Positions 38,761 to 51,332 of a stretch of DNA of 64,000 nucleotides are shown piece after piece; position 1 is the stretch's first letter; each line of letters opens with the position of its first letter. The notes beneath the pieces were generated by a model that saw only the letters and a list, made by a program, of their open reading frames with translations, searched no databases and was not told the origin of the DNA. A program made the translations under genes and the position numbers. The stretch comes from Camelus dromedarius (taxonomy: Eukaryota), in contig NC_087443.1 of assembly GCF_036321535.1 (NCBI RefSeq), forward strand, positions 30,876,001 to 30,940,000, read 5' to 3'.

Positions 38761-39659
38761 GTTCTGATTTTAAATCCCAAGTGCTTTCTATGACTACATC
38801 ATACATCAAGGCAAACAGCATTTAGCATGCTAGCAGAACAGCTATTCCTAGAGAGTCTGAAGCCTTTAATAATTACAGCACCATAACATTATGTTTTATA
38901 AAAGAAAGAGATCTCTTAACATAGGGCACATTCATGTACTGGAAACCTAAAAATGAAGACTATTCTATTATTAACATGGGTTAGCATGTTTATGCACACC
39001 TATCTGTACCCCCTTTTCCACAACCAACTATGTATTGGAAGAGGTACTTTATTTCAGAAAACATTTATTGAGCATCTGTTAAATCAGTCATTGCTCTGTG
39101 GGCTGTTGATTGGCTGTTGCACACAGTCCTTGCCTTCAAGTTTCTCACAATCTAGGAGGGAGACAGGCCTATAAACAAACTGCAATATTGGCTGAAAAAT
39201 ACCACAACAGAAATATGAACAAGATACAAATTTTGCCCAGAGGAAGGAAGGATTAATTCTATAGGTAGGGAGTCAGGAGATGGGCAGGAAAGTCTCTATG
39301 AAACAGGCAACAGTTCCTCTGGAGTGGGGCTGATCAGAATTCCTTTACTTTGCACCCAGCACTGCAGTGGGTAGAGATCACCATTTTGATTAACAGGTTA
39401 ATACAGCAAGGGGGCAGTCTTTTCTGGGAAGGTTGCAAACTCCTGGGACAAACACAGCCCCTCCTTAGTCTGGAATTGAAGCCCCTGATGCTGTCACTTT
39501 GAAATGAGCTTTGGAGAAAAGCAATTGGGATTAGTCCATGATCCTGTCAGGGAAGGCACAGTCCCTGAGAGGATGTACATCAGTTATAGAGCCCACAGAG
39601 CTAACACTCTTGAGTCCTGAGTAAAAGGCCCATGCGGGAGAATGCGGGACAGGCGAGGG

Positions 39660-39939
39660 CAGAAGTTTTCACTATAATTAGCTCTGGGAGTAATACAGCT
39701 GGGGGAGGGAAGGGAGTACAGCCGGTAACTATTTTGAGCACAGCTCCGATTGACAGGACACGTGTGCTGGACTGTACTGATCCCAGGGCCAAACTGCCTG
39801 CCTGTGGTGTGTGGTGTGGGGGGGAAGGTCTGGGGCAGCAGAAGCAGGACAGCCAGACAGGCCGGACGGGGTACCAGCGCCTCGACTTCTCTCCCTGGGA
39901 CACTATCCAAACTCCGAGGGCCATAGGCCAAGCTGAGTG
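39660..39939 (+). promoter_or_regulatory. SYNPO2L long-isoform muscle promoter: MEF2 consensus CTATAATTAG 39672-39681, E-boxes 39696-39701 and 39759-39764
   Basis: Exact match to YTAWWWWTAR; CAGCTG and CACGTG upstream of the ATG. Confidence 0.6.
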
Positions 39940-42900
39940 ATGGGTGCTGAGGAGGAGGTGCTGGTCACACTGTCAGGGGGAGCCCCCTGGGGCTTTCGAC
40001 TTCAGGGGGGGGCCGAGCAGAGGAAGCCCTTACAGGTGTCCAAGGTAAGGGAGAGACCCTGTATTGAGGTTTCAGGGAAAGGGGAACCCAAGGGAACTCG
40101 GGAAGTGTTACATGGTGGCTTCTGGGGGAGAAGCGGGAGGCTGTGATGAAGTGGAGTTGGGTGGCAGGTGGTCAGGGAAGCATGCTCAAGTCTGATGGGG
40201 GGAATAGAGTCTAAGCACAGGCTTCTTGGTGTGGGAAGGCAGGGGGTGGGGGAGCTATTAGAAAAGGGAATTCCTGGTTTCTGTGAGCAGATAAAAAGTA
40301 AGACTGCCTCAGTTCCCTGTGGCACCACTGGAGCAGTCCCATGGCTGGCCACAGAGTCTTTGCTCTCTTGGGTTTGTCTGTGCCTCTGCTCCAAACTCCA
40401 GGAATGTAGGGAAGGTTCTAATTTCTCTCTAACTAAACTGCTATGTGATGAGCTGAGGCTGTCTTGCCCTGCCCAGCCCAGCCCAGCCCAGCCCTGCCCT
40501 GCCCTGCCCATGCTTTCAGTCCTCCTCTTTCCCGGTGCCAGATCCCTTTTCTCACTAGACAAGACATTTTTAGGTGCTAAGAGGGTTATGGCAAGATCTG
40601 ACCTGTCAGATGAAGTTGTTACCCTTTTGGTTTCACAGCACAGGCGAAGTTTTCCCAACTGTAAAATGTAGGTAAAAAATAGTACCTACTTCATAGATAA
40701 ACTAAGTTCTAAGGATTAAATTCAATAATACATGTAGAGTGCTTAGCACTGTGACTAACATTTAGTAAGTACTCAATAAATGATAGCCACCACTACTATT
40801 AGTACTTTAACTTATGTACATGTGTGTGCACACATGTCACACATATACACACACAGTCCCAATCTCCCAGAATCTGCTGGACTCCTCCAATCTGGAATAC
40901 TGTTCTAAATCTTGACGCTGTAGATAATGGTGCCTAGGATTCCAAGGCCTAGCAGAGAACTATTGGCTAGTATAGATAATGCTAATGCCCTTGGAGGAAA
41001 ATCTTGAGGGGATAAGACCGCTGTTTCTAGTATGTACCCCCTGCTGTTTTCCTCAAGCCTCTTTCATTCAGTGCTTACCCTACCTCCCTTCATGTGATGT
41101 ATTATTCCCTCCCATCTACACCTTCTTCCCTCTAGATTGGTTCCCTTAACTGCAGCCCCTTGCCCTCTCTCCACCCTTTCTTAGCCTGTAAAGTAAAAAT
41201 CCCTTCCATACATGGGTCCTTCCTGTCCTAACCCCTTTCATTCTGTTCCCCCTTGGAGTCCTCCCTCACCTATGGTCTCTCCTCCAACACCTTCTCAGAT
41301 CCGAAGACGGAGCCAGGCTGGCAGAGCAGGACTCCGAGAGAAGGACCAGCTTTTGGCCATCAATGGGGTCTCCTGTACCAGCCTCTCTCATGCCAGTGCC
41401 ATGAGCCTCATCGATGCCTCAGGGAATCAGCTTGTCCTCACCGTGCACCGGTATAGACCTCTCCCACCCTAGCCTACCTGCCTACCCCTAGTCCAGGGAT
41501 TCCATCGCCTGCCTCAGCTCTATGCCTCACTGGCCTGATTTCAGCTACTAACAAGTACCCATTGCTGCTTGGAGTACAGATGTTTGGGCATGCCTCCTTG
41601 AATGTATCTGCAGTTAAGGGATGGATGTGTCACGTGGGTATTTGGGTGTGGGGGCCTACTTTGACCCCTTGCCTGTTTCTTTATCATCATCTCTCTCTCT
41701 CTAAGCCCATTTCCACTCAAAGCCTGCTAAGCATATTTGCCTCCCAGTCTGTCTTCAGATCTCCATTCTTCCCAACCCATCCATTCCACCCATATGCTAG
41801 TCTCCCCTTTCTCCTTACATCCCTCTCCCATCCCCTCCAGATCTCTGTAGCTGTCTGTCATCCAGCTCGTTTCTCAAGTTCTGTCATCTTTCCCATCCAG
41901 GGTAGAGGACGAGGGGCCTGTGAGATCTCCATCCCCTGGTGAGCGTCAGGCACTGTCACCCTTATCTCCTCTGAGTCCTGAGCCCCCTGGTGCTCCAGTT
42001 CCCCAGCCTCTTCAGCCCGGAAGCCTGCTCTCACCCCCTGACAGTGAGGCTTACTATGGAGAGACAGACAGTGATGCTGATGGCCCAGCCACCCAGGAAA
42101 AGCCCCGCCGACCCCGTCGCCGAGGCCCCACAAGGCCCACCCCTCCAGGAGCCCCACCTGATGAGGTCTACCTGTCTGACAGCCCTGCGGAGCCAGCACC
42201 TGCTGTCCTTGGCCCTCCCAGCCAGGGTGACAGCCGCGTGAGCTCCCCATCTTGGGAGGACGGGACGACTATTCAGCCATCCCCAGCTGAGGCCCTGCTG
42301 TTGCCACGTGGTCCCCTCCGGCCTGGCCCCAATCTCATCCCTATGGTGGGGCCTGTTCCCCACCCGGTGGCAGAAGATCTTACTACCACTTATGCCCAGA
42401 AGGCCAAACAAGCCAGTGAGTTCCTGAACTCCTTTTCCTTAGTCAGGATCATTCAATCTGAGCCTTATAACCTGATCTGAGCCTCCATAACCATACATTC
42501 TGCCTACCTGTTGCTTCCCTTAGATTGTAGTCTTGGGGACAGGTGGAGAAGAGTAATGAATAGGTGGGGAAAATAATAATTTTCCGGGTCCCCATTATTT
42601 TTGCTGTTTGAACTTGCATGGCAAAAAGGTACAGGTGGTTCGACCCAACCCAGGAGCAGGATAAGTAGGGAAAACAGAAAGGCACATGAACCGATGAAGG
42701 GCTTGTTTGTTGTTGTTACTATTTTGCTAGCTGTCAGATGGGGTGAGGGCAGAGTGCAGACATGGGGCAGGACAGGGATACAGGGACACCCTTCAGTGTC
42801 AATTGTAGGCATAGCATCAGAGGTGCCTTTGGCATTGTAAGTTCCATTAGAATTGCTGGGTACTGGGAGGCTATGGGATAGTCACGAGAGCCCTAGGAAG

Positions 42901-45900
42901 TGGTAGAGGGAGGGAACCTGGACTCCTTATCTTGGGCGAGAATGTAGGCCTGGGCAGTTCCACTTATCTCAGGCACTTTTCTATTTTTGATGTGAACTAC
43001 AGGACAAGGTCTAAGAACGAACTTTCTCCCTGTCCTAGGCGTCCCATGTCCCTCCCCTAGAAACCTGTCTTGTCACCTTGGAAATCTCAAGATTACCCCT
43101 CTAGTTCTCATGTCTCATTCCTCCTCACCACCATTCTGATTCCTAATCCATAGAATTTTGTGTCTCTAAGCCTAGAATAGGGGCTAAGGACATGACAGTT
43201 TACAGTCTGATATCCCTGAGAGTGTCCAATGTCCCACAAAGAAATTCCAGATGCATGCCCAGGATCCCACGCTTAATCCCAATTCTCATTTTAGCACCCT
43301 CTCCCTTCCCCATCATAATAATTGAGACTGTAGTTAGTGGCTCAGGGATATTTTTAGCCAAGCAGACATCATTGTCCAGTGGGGTGGTGGTTAGGGGGAG
43401 GGGAGGCAGGTGCCCATGTCCATCACACCGGGGCTTGTGGGGCAGCTGAGAGATGGGAGGGGGCCAGACTCCAAAAATAGCACAGTGAGCTCATTCAGCT
43501 GCCAGCTCTGGGGACAAGACAAAGGGGCTTTAAAAGGCATGAGGGTGGCTCAAGCTGGTCCTGCTCCAGCTAACACTGCCTTTCTCGGCATGGAGACTTT
43601 TGAGCCCATCAGCCAAGAGCCCCTCAGCCAAGCCAGCTGCGACAAAGCCCCAAGCCCAGTTCCTGAGCTCCAGGACCCGTTCTATGCAGGTACTACCCTC
43701 CCATGGCCAAGAGGGTTCTGGGATCTCGAATGGAGGGCAATACATCAACAGTGTAGGAAGGGAGGTCTTTGGGAAAAGTCTTACTCCATCATCCTCTCCT
43801 CCTTTTTGCCTTTCTCTTCCTTCTTTTCTCAGGAGTTTCACTGCCCTTTTCTCAGAATGGGCTGATGCCATGGCCACATGTCAGAGGGGTCTGTAACCAC
43901 ATGAGCTGTGGAAAATTCATGGAGAGAGAGAGTGTGTGTGTGTGAGAGAGAGGGAAGTGTCAGTAATCTATGAATACATGAAAGTATGTGGGAGTCCGTG
44001 GGAGATGTGAACAGCAAAGTGTATACACATGCAGCTAGTGTCAAGAAAGCTTTGATAGTAACGATTACTCACAGTGGGCCTTAGGGCTGCCGTTAAATGC
44101 TAAAATTACCTACATTATCTCACTCAATCCTCATAGCAACCCTATGAGGTAGCCATTATCATCCTCCTTTACAGATGAGGAAACTGAACTTCAGTGAGAT
44201 GAAGTAACTCTCCCAAGAACCAAAAATCTGAACTGAACTATGACTCCAGTGTCTCTCATCCACAGCACTACTGTGTGGTATCAATACTGGAATGGGTGGA
44301 ATGAGAGCCCTAATTAGAAAGGAGCTTGGTATCTCGAGTGGAAAGTAGATGGAATTTCAAGAATTTTTCAGGAGGAACTGGGGATCATGGATCAGAGAGT
44401 ATGTGTGTCCAAGTCAGGGTCCTAGCAGCAGGGCAGCCTCTCCCATTTCCTGGCCCCACCTCCCTGGCCCCACATGGCATAGGAAGCCCTGTCCTGGCTC
44501 CCCTGAGCACACAGTTCTTGCATGCCAGCCTGGTAGTGACTGCCTGAGCTTTCCACCTGGAAGGCTTGGAAAATAGGGGGCAGCCCTTATTGTCAAAGCA
44601 GCCCACTCCACTCCCACTCCCAGCTTGTGGGAAAGGAGACTACATCTAGCTGGTGACCTTGGGATATCCTAAAGATTTGGAAGGTTACCTTGGAGACACT
44701 CTGGCTTTTCCTGCATCTCGGATCTGAGGCTGTCCCTGGCTGTGAGTAGCAGGGGTGTGAGGCACATAGGCGTGCCTTGGAATTTAGAAAGCCAATATCA
44801 CCTCTAAAATTTTGTCCAAACTGTTAGTAATGAGGACTCTGCTAGGGTAATTCTGGGAAGAAAAGTCTCCTAGAGTGTGCATGTGTGTTTTTGTGTAGGC
44901 TTATGAGTATTTACACACATGTATGTGAACTGAGGTATATATAAAGTATATGGGAATGAGAGAAAAATACATATGAGAAAATATGTCCACAGTTGGCCTT
45001 CACTAGAAACATATTCTTGTTGAAATGATGTGTAGTGGGAGTTGTGTCTATGAATGTATATGATGTATATATTACATGATGGTGGCAGAATTATGAATGA
45101 AGATGCTCATTGCTAAGGATCCTTTGTGTCCTTATCATAGGGTAAGGGGTTGGAAGACAAGATAAGTCCCAAACTTTCTGAGAAGCACCCATAGTCTCTG
45201 TGGTGGGAGAAAGGAGTCCCTTCTTACCTGGGGACCTGCTTCATGTCCGTGCCTGCCATGGGAAGTGAACCCCCCTCCACCACACCACCACATTGCCAGC
45301 CAGGAATGGAGGGAAGCAGGGGAGGCATGTGTGTGGTGTGGGTAAGAGCACATCTCCAGAAGGAAAGGAGTCGAGTGGAGGGAAGAGAGGACAGGAGGAA
45401 AGCTGTGGTCAGAGTCGTGTCAGGGCAGCTAATAGACTCTGCCTTCCCTTCAACTGTCCTTGGTTTCACCTTTCACGTCCACTCTGCCCCCAAGTTAGAG
45501 GACTTTGCCACAGGCAGGGGACCTTGTGGGTCAGGCCAGTGAAAAAAATCAGAGGTGGGAGGCCTGAGGGAGCTGTCTGGGGGAGGGGGTGGGTGAAAGC
45601 CTTGGGGAATAGGGCTAGAAGATGCTCCCTAACCATTCTCCCTCCTCTCTGCAGAACTGCAACGGGCAGAGAGCCTCCAAGAGAGGAGCGTGAAGGAGGC
45701 CAAGACGAAATGTCGGACAATTGCATCCCTGCTAACCGCAGCCCCCAACCCCCACTCCAAGGGGGTGCTGATGTTTAAGAAACGTCGGCAGAGAGCCAAG
45801 AAGTACACCCTAGTGAGCTTTGGGGCTGCGGCTGGGACAGGCGCTGAAGAGGAAGAGGACGGTGTCCCTCCGACTAGTGAGTCTGAGCTGGACGAGGAGG

Positions 45901-47828
45901 CCTTCTCAGACGCTCGCAGCCTCACCAACCAGCCCGACTGGGACAGCCCCTACCTGGACATGGAGCTGGCAAGGCCAGGCTCAAAAGCGGCAGAGGGCCA
46001 GGGCCCGGGGCTGGGAGGGCAGCTGACTGAGGCCTCTGGGCGAGGGGCCCAACTCTTTGAACAGCAGCGCCAGCGCGCAGCCTCCAGCACCCTGGAGCTG
46101 GCCCGGGATGGTCCAGCAGCCATGCTCAACGGGCAGGGCCTGCAGTCACCACCTAGGGCACAAAGTGCTCCCCCGGAGGCGGCTATGCTCCCCCCCAGCC
46201 CTTCGCCGGCCCCTGTAGCCAGCCCCAGACCTTTCCTTCCTGGCGGTGGAGCCTCTACCCCAGCCCCAAGCATCTTTAACCGGTCAGCCAGGCCCTTTAC
46301 CCCGGGCTTACAAGGCCAGCAGCGGCCAGGTACCACCTCGGTTATTTTCCGACCCCTAGCTCCCAAGAGGGCAAATGAAAGCCTGGGAGGCCTGAGCCCC
46401 GCCCCACCGCCTTTCCAGTTCTCTCAGCAGGGGACCACTCCTCTGCCCAGCTTCACGTCAGGGGTTCCCAGCCACGTGCCAGCCTCGGGTTCCCGCAGCA
46501 CTTCACGCTCCTCGGGCTCCGTGACGGCCACCAGCTCCCTATACATCCCAGCCCCCAATCGTCCCGTGACGCCAGGCGGAGCCCCAGAGCCCCCCGCCCT
46601 CTCTAGCGGAGCTGCCAAGACCTCCACCGCTTCTATCTTCCTGTCCGCGCCTCTGCGACCCGCTGCGCGCCCTGAGGCGCCCGCCCCTGGCCCCGCGGCC
46701 CCTGAGCCCCCCAGCGCTCGGGAGCAGCGCATCTCTGTGCCAGCTGCTCGCACCGGCATCCTCCAGGAGGCCCGGCGTCGGGGGACCCGGAAGCAGATGT
46801 TTCGGCCTGGAAATGAGGAGACGAAGAACTCGCCCAACCCAGAGCTGCTATCGTTGGTGCAGAACCTGGATGAAAAACCCCGGGCTGCGGGCGCTGAATC
46901 TGGTCCAGAGGAGGATGCTCTGAGCCTCGGGGCTGAAGCCTGCAACTTCATGCAGCCACCAGGGGGCAGGAGTTACAAGACGTTGCCTCACGTGACACCT
47001 AAAACCCCGCCTCCAATTGCACCCAAGACCCCACCCCCTATGACTCCTAAGACTCCACCCCCAGTGGCTCCTAAGCCCCCATCTCGAGGGTTCCTCGATG
47101 GGCTAGTGAATGGGGCTGCCCCTTCAGCTGGAATCCCTGAACCACCAAGGCTTCAGGGCAGGGGTGGGGAGCTGTTTGCCAAGCGGCAGAGCCGAGCAGA
47201 CAGGTATGTGGTGGAAGCTACACCTGGTCCTGGCCTTGGCCTTGGGCCCAGAAGCCCTTCTCCTACCCCCTCATTGCCCTCTTCCTGGAAATATTCACCC
47301 AACATCCGTGCCCCACCTCCTATTGCTTACAACCCACTGCTCTCACCCTTTTTCCCCCAAGCTGCCCGAACTCTCCCTAATAAAGCCCAATCCCAAGGGC
47401 CTAGGGCAACCCCCAAGCAGGGCATCAAGGCTCTGGATTTCATGCGGCACCAGCCCTACCAACTTAAAACTGCCATGTTCTGTTTTGATGAGGTTCCCCA
47501 GACTCCTGGACCCACCTCCTCAGGGCCTCCCAAAACTGCCCGAGTCCAGGAGATCCGCCGATTTTCCACTCCAGCACCCCAGCCCACTGCAGAACCCCTG
47601 GCCCCCACTGTGCTTGCCCCCCGAGCAGCCACTACATTGGATGAGCCTATCTGGAGGGCAGAGCTGGCATCAGCCCCTGTCCTTAGCCCAGCCCCTCCTC
47701 TGGAGTCTCCCAGGGGTCTTGGTACCTCTCCCAGCTCCTGTGGCTTCCAGGTAGCCAGGCCCCGGTTCTCAGCTACCAGAACAGGATTGCAGGCTCATGT
47801 ATGGAGGCCTGGGGCAGGTCACCACTGA
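39940..47828 (+). CDS. SYNPO2L: SYNPO2L (synaptopodin 2-like / CHAP), long PDZ isoform, 981 aa. Exons 39940-40044, 41299-41450, 41901-42415, 45655-47828.
   Basis: MGAEEEVLVTLSGGAPWGFRLQGGAEQRKPLQVSK | IRRRSQAGRAGLREKDQLLAINGVSC (PDZ) ... | KLQRAESLQERSVKEAKTKCRTIASLLTAAPNPHSKGVLMFKKRRQRAKKY...WRPGAGHH-TGA. Lengths 105+152+515+2174 nt. Confidence 0.97.
40466..40510 (+). repeat. (GCCCW)n pentanucleotide repeat
   Basis: gccctgcccagcccagcccagcccagccctgccctgccctgccca. Confidence 0.85.
40620..40790 (+). mobile_element. MIR SINE
   Basis: ttttcccaactgtaaaatg...aatagtacctacttcatag...aaggattaaattcaataatacatgtagagtgcttagcac...agtactcaataaatg. Confidence 0.75.
43400..43560 (+). promoter_or_regulatory. 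Internal SYNPO2L promoter: E-boxes (43443-43448, 43496-43501), MEF2-like ccaaaaatag 43471-43480, TATA-like tttaaaa ~43529-43535
   Basis: Motifs read directly upstream of the alternative exon. Confidence 0.6.
43590..43689 (+). CDS. SYNPO2L: SYNPO2L alternative first coding exon (short PDZ-less isoform, CHAPb-type). Splices to 45655, giving 757 aa.
   Basis: METFEPISQEPLSQASCDKAPSPVPELQDPFYA G|gtact: 100 nt, phase 1, in frame with exon 4. Matches the known short-isoform N-terminus. Confidence 0.9.
44085..44275 (-). mobile_element. MIR SINE
   Basis: aatcctcatagcaaccctatgaggtagccattatc...tttacagatgaggaaactga. Confidence 0.8.
46992..47080 (+). repeat. Coding 24-nt tandem repeat in SYNPO2L ([T/A]PKTPPP[I/M/V] x3.5)
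   Basis: VTPKTPPPIAPKTPPPMTPKTPPPVAPKPP in the exon 4 translation. Confidence 0.85.
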
Positions 47829-49344
47829 GCAGGACACAGCTCCCAGGACCAAGGGGTGGTGGAACATCCAGTTCCTAAAGTTGCTTCTCCTACCTATCCC
47901 ACCCCCACTCTCAGGCATCTGGAGGCTAAATTGCCTCCTGCCAGAGATAGTTTTGGAGTTGGTGTCCCATCCCCCAGCTTCCTCCTGGCTCCCAGTCTCC
48001 CTGCTGTTTTCCAACCTATGATCTCTGCTTTGGTGTCTGTGCTTCTCTTTTTCTCTATAGTTCCTTGCCTGGATCTCTGTCTTTATCTCTAGGTCTCTCC
48101 ACCTACACTCCTCCACTGGTCTTTATTTCTCTATATTTGTGTTTTTTTCTCTGTGGGTCTCATTTTAACATTCAGTGAGAAACACACAGATGTTATCACT
48201 GAGACCTCAGACAAGAAGCTCACCATCAGACAGGCAGCAAAGGGACTGAACTGACCCCTGTTTGCGTTAAGTTGCTCGCTGCTCCTCGTTCTTTTTCCCA
48301 AGCTTGGTTGGCTATACCTAGGTGCGTGTGTGTACGTGTGTGTGTGTGTGTACAAGTGTGTGCATGTGCACAGATGTGCTCTTCTGGGCAAGAACAAGAG
48401 GAGAGGTAGAGACCCAATCTGGGTTTTGCCCTTGTACTGATGGAAGAAGGGTCAGCTGTCCCCACATGGATTGCCTGGTGGGGAGAAAGATTCACTAGAG
48501 TTAAAGACCATCATCTGTAGCAGATGTAGAGCATTTTGTGAAACTCATGGAGGATGAGGAGACTTGAAGGGCCAGGGCAGTTTGTATGGGTTGAGTTACA
48601 CCAGCTAGACCAGGAACAGAACTAAGAATGCTGTTCCTCAGGATTTCAGAAAGTTAGCAACTCAAGAGGCCCATGCTGAGCAACAAAGCATCCAGGAAGT
48701 GAAAAAAAAAAAATTTCCTCTGAGAATAAACAAATCATTGGCTTTATTGTCCCATGACTCTAAGCTAGAAAGGAAGGTGACTAGAGCCATGATGTGGAAA
48801 GTGAGGTAGAAACCAGGAGCAGACCAGAAGTGAATGACATTGATTGGGCCACAGAGAGGAACATGGTGAGGGAGAGTGCAGTGTTGGCAGAGTAAAATTG
48901 GGGAATAAGAAACCAACTGTGTACACAAGGAGAGTTGGGGGAAATTTTGAGGGAGAAGAATGTATTTGTTAGAGTGAAGGGGGATGATGGTGGAGGGATG
49001 TGTGTGTGCCGAGTGTTGAGAGAACGGGTGGTATCTGTGCTGCCTCCCTTGAGTCTGTCCCTCTGTCTTCTGCAGCTTGTCATAACTACCTGGGAAAGGG
49101 CAAGGAAGCAGCCAGAGCCAAAAACCTCTTTTTAAGTTCTACCCCATCCCTCAAACCCTAGCTCGTGTTCCTTTCCAGCTTCAGGTCCTGATCACTGACC
49201 CTAGAGGGGTCCGGACTCCCCTAGAGGGATCCGGACTCCCCTCTCACCATGGCCACCACCAGTCACGTTTGTTGCTTGATCTGGAAATTGATCATTTCCT
49301 TTGCATACCGGGTGTGAGTCATAGTACTTTGGTTTGTGCACAAG

Positions 49345-49350
49345 AATAAA
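49345..49350 (+). terminator. Probable SYNPO2L poly(A) signal (another AATAAA at 48725-48730)
   Basis: AATAAA followed by pyrimidine/GT-rich sequence. Confidence 0.55.
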
Positions 49351-51196
49351 CTTATGCTCCCTACCTTCTGTTGTCATCTCTTCAAGCTTTATACCTAAAT
49401 CCTGGTCTCCCCTTCATCTCTCCTTCACTCCCCTGATATCCTGATTCCTGATCTCTCTCTCCATTCCTGCCTTTTACGTTTCACCCTTTTGCCCTTCACC
49501 CCCTGGTATTTTGCTCTTCTCCTGCTGCAGTGCAGCCCCTCCCCTGGTTTCCTCTCTCCACATTCTCGATTTGGATTCTCCCCTTCTCCATCTTCTGTGC
49601 CATACTTCTCAGACAAGGCTTCAGCTTACAGAACCAAGAGAAGTCAGAAAGGCCCTCTGAGCCTTTTGCCATCAACACTTCCCCAAGTCCCTGGAGAAGA
49701 TGAAGGGAAAGCAATGACTGAAGGTGAAGGTGGTGTGAGAGAGAGAAGGAGAGAGAGGGTGGATCAGTGTGAACTGAGACTAATAAAAAAGAGAAAGCAC
49801 TGGGAAGACAGGCTAGAATTAGACTTCAGTGAAGGAAAGTGCCATTGCTCCAATTTTACCAGCAGGGGGCATATTTGTGCCAATAACCAGGCCCATGTCC
49901 CTGATTCTCCCAAATACACAGCCTCTCAGAGCTCCAAAGAAAGGGTCAGACAGCCTAGGCTAAATATTCTGTCTCTTATCTACCCAGTACTCAATCATAG
50001 GAGACCAAAATTTTTGTTTGTTTTTGTTGTTTTTGAGGGAAAGATGGTAGTAATGATGAAATCACCTTTGCTACTTACGGTTTTTCATTGAATTGTTTTT
50101 CTGAGTTAGGGGGAGTGGAGAAAGAGGACAAAAGATGAGGGATCTGGAGGCTAAACTGGTCTGGGCAGAGGGGAGCAGGGTGACTTTTCAGCCCCTAACC
50201 TGAACTTGTAAAGTTCAGGAAGGGAAAGGGGTGGAGTGGAGAAGAGTAGAGAGCTTACAGTGGGACAGAAAGGTATTCTGGGAGCTACAAAAGCCACTTT
50301 CTTTACAGCAGAGGTGCAACAGCTAGTTCTAGAACCTGAGCAGAAGATGGAAGAGGATCCAGGATGTTCATGCAGCTACTAAGGAAGGGGCTGAGCAGAT
50401 GTCAGGCTTCCCTCCTGGGGGCTCTCAAGCTTGGGCCCCTGCCCAGAGACTTCTCTGGACCAGAGTGAATGGGACCAGTCCAGATCCTATGGGGTGGGGT
50501 GCATGCTCCCTTTGAAGAAAATCCCAAGTAGGAAACTCAGAGAGTAAGGTCAGAAGCCTGCATTTACTTCTCAAGGAGACATGGACATCTACCCAGGAGA
50601 GCAGGCAGAACTAAGCAGCCCAACTGACAATGGGGGTGAAAAGCAGAAATTGGTCAATTCTCTTCCCCCACATCATCCCCAGCCACCTAAAAAGAACTGG
50701 ATTTGGTTAATTTGGTCTCTTGGCCTGCCAAGATTTGGCCCTCCCAGAGGAAAGACCAACCCATCCAGGAACTTTCAAAGGGCATTTCCACTGTGAACAG
50801 ACTTGCCTTACCCAAACATAGCACCTTAAGCCCTCCCACCCCCAAAATGCATCCACATGTCTTTCCAGCTCCGGCCAGGATTGTCTCTGAACGACTCTGG
50901 GGACACGTTCTCTAGGTTCTCAGTCTCCTACTGCAAATTCCTATCTACCACTTGCTGCCTGCTTCCTCCCTCCCTCTCAGCTTTCAGTTTCTCCCTAAAT
51001 GCTTCTTTGGATCTCAGCCTATAGGTGCCAAGGAGGGGGAGTCCCTGGGCAGACTGAACCCTGGCTCAGACAGCTTAGTGAGAGAATCCCAAAGGTCTTT
51101 CCTCCCCATCCTGAGCCTCTAGACAAGGAGGGCGGGATCTTGGTTCCAGGGTCTCAGTACCCCCTGTGCCATTTGAGCTGCTTGCGTTCATCATCT

Positions 51197-51332
51197 CTAT
51201 TAATAACTACCCTCCCTCCCCCACTGCCAGTGCTGCCCCCACGCCTGCCCAGCTCAGGTTCTCTGGTCACAGCAGCTCAGTCCTCCAAAGCTGCTGGACC
51301 CCAGGGAGAGCTGACAACTACCTGAGCAGCCG
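51197..51332 (+). promoter_or_regulatory. MYOZ1: MYOZ1 promoter (MEF2/TATA-like CTATTAATAA 51197-51206) and non-coding exon 1 ending at 51332
   Basis: YTAWWWWTAR match; strong donor CG|gtaagt. Exon 2 acceptor ag at 52501-52502. Confidence 0.7.

Noticed and set aside
40002-40658. 218-aa antisense ORF, and similar long ORFs (45950-46951, 47110-47754, 49489-50091, 51277-51858, 54645-55154)
   Set aside because: They are shadows of GC-rich exons or low-complexity sequence, with no domain-like content.
43539-43589. In-frame upstream ATG that would extend the short SYNPO2L isoform by 17 aa
   Set aside because: It lies about 4 nt after the TATA-like box, so it is probably upstream of the TSS.
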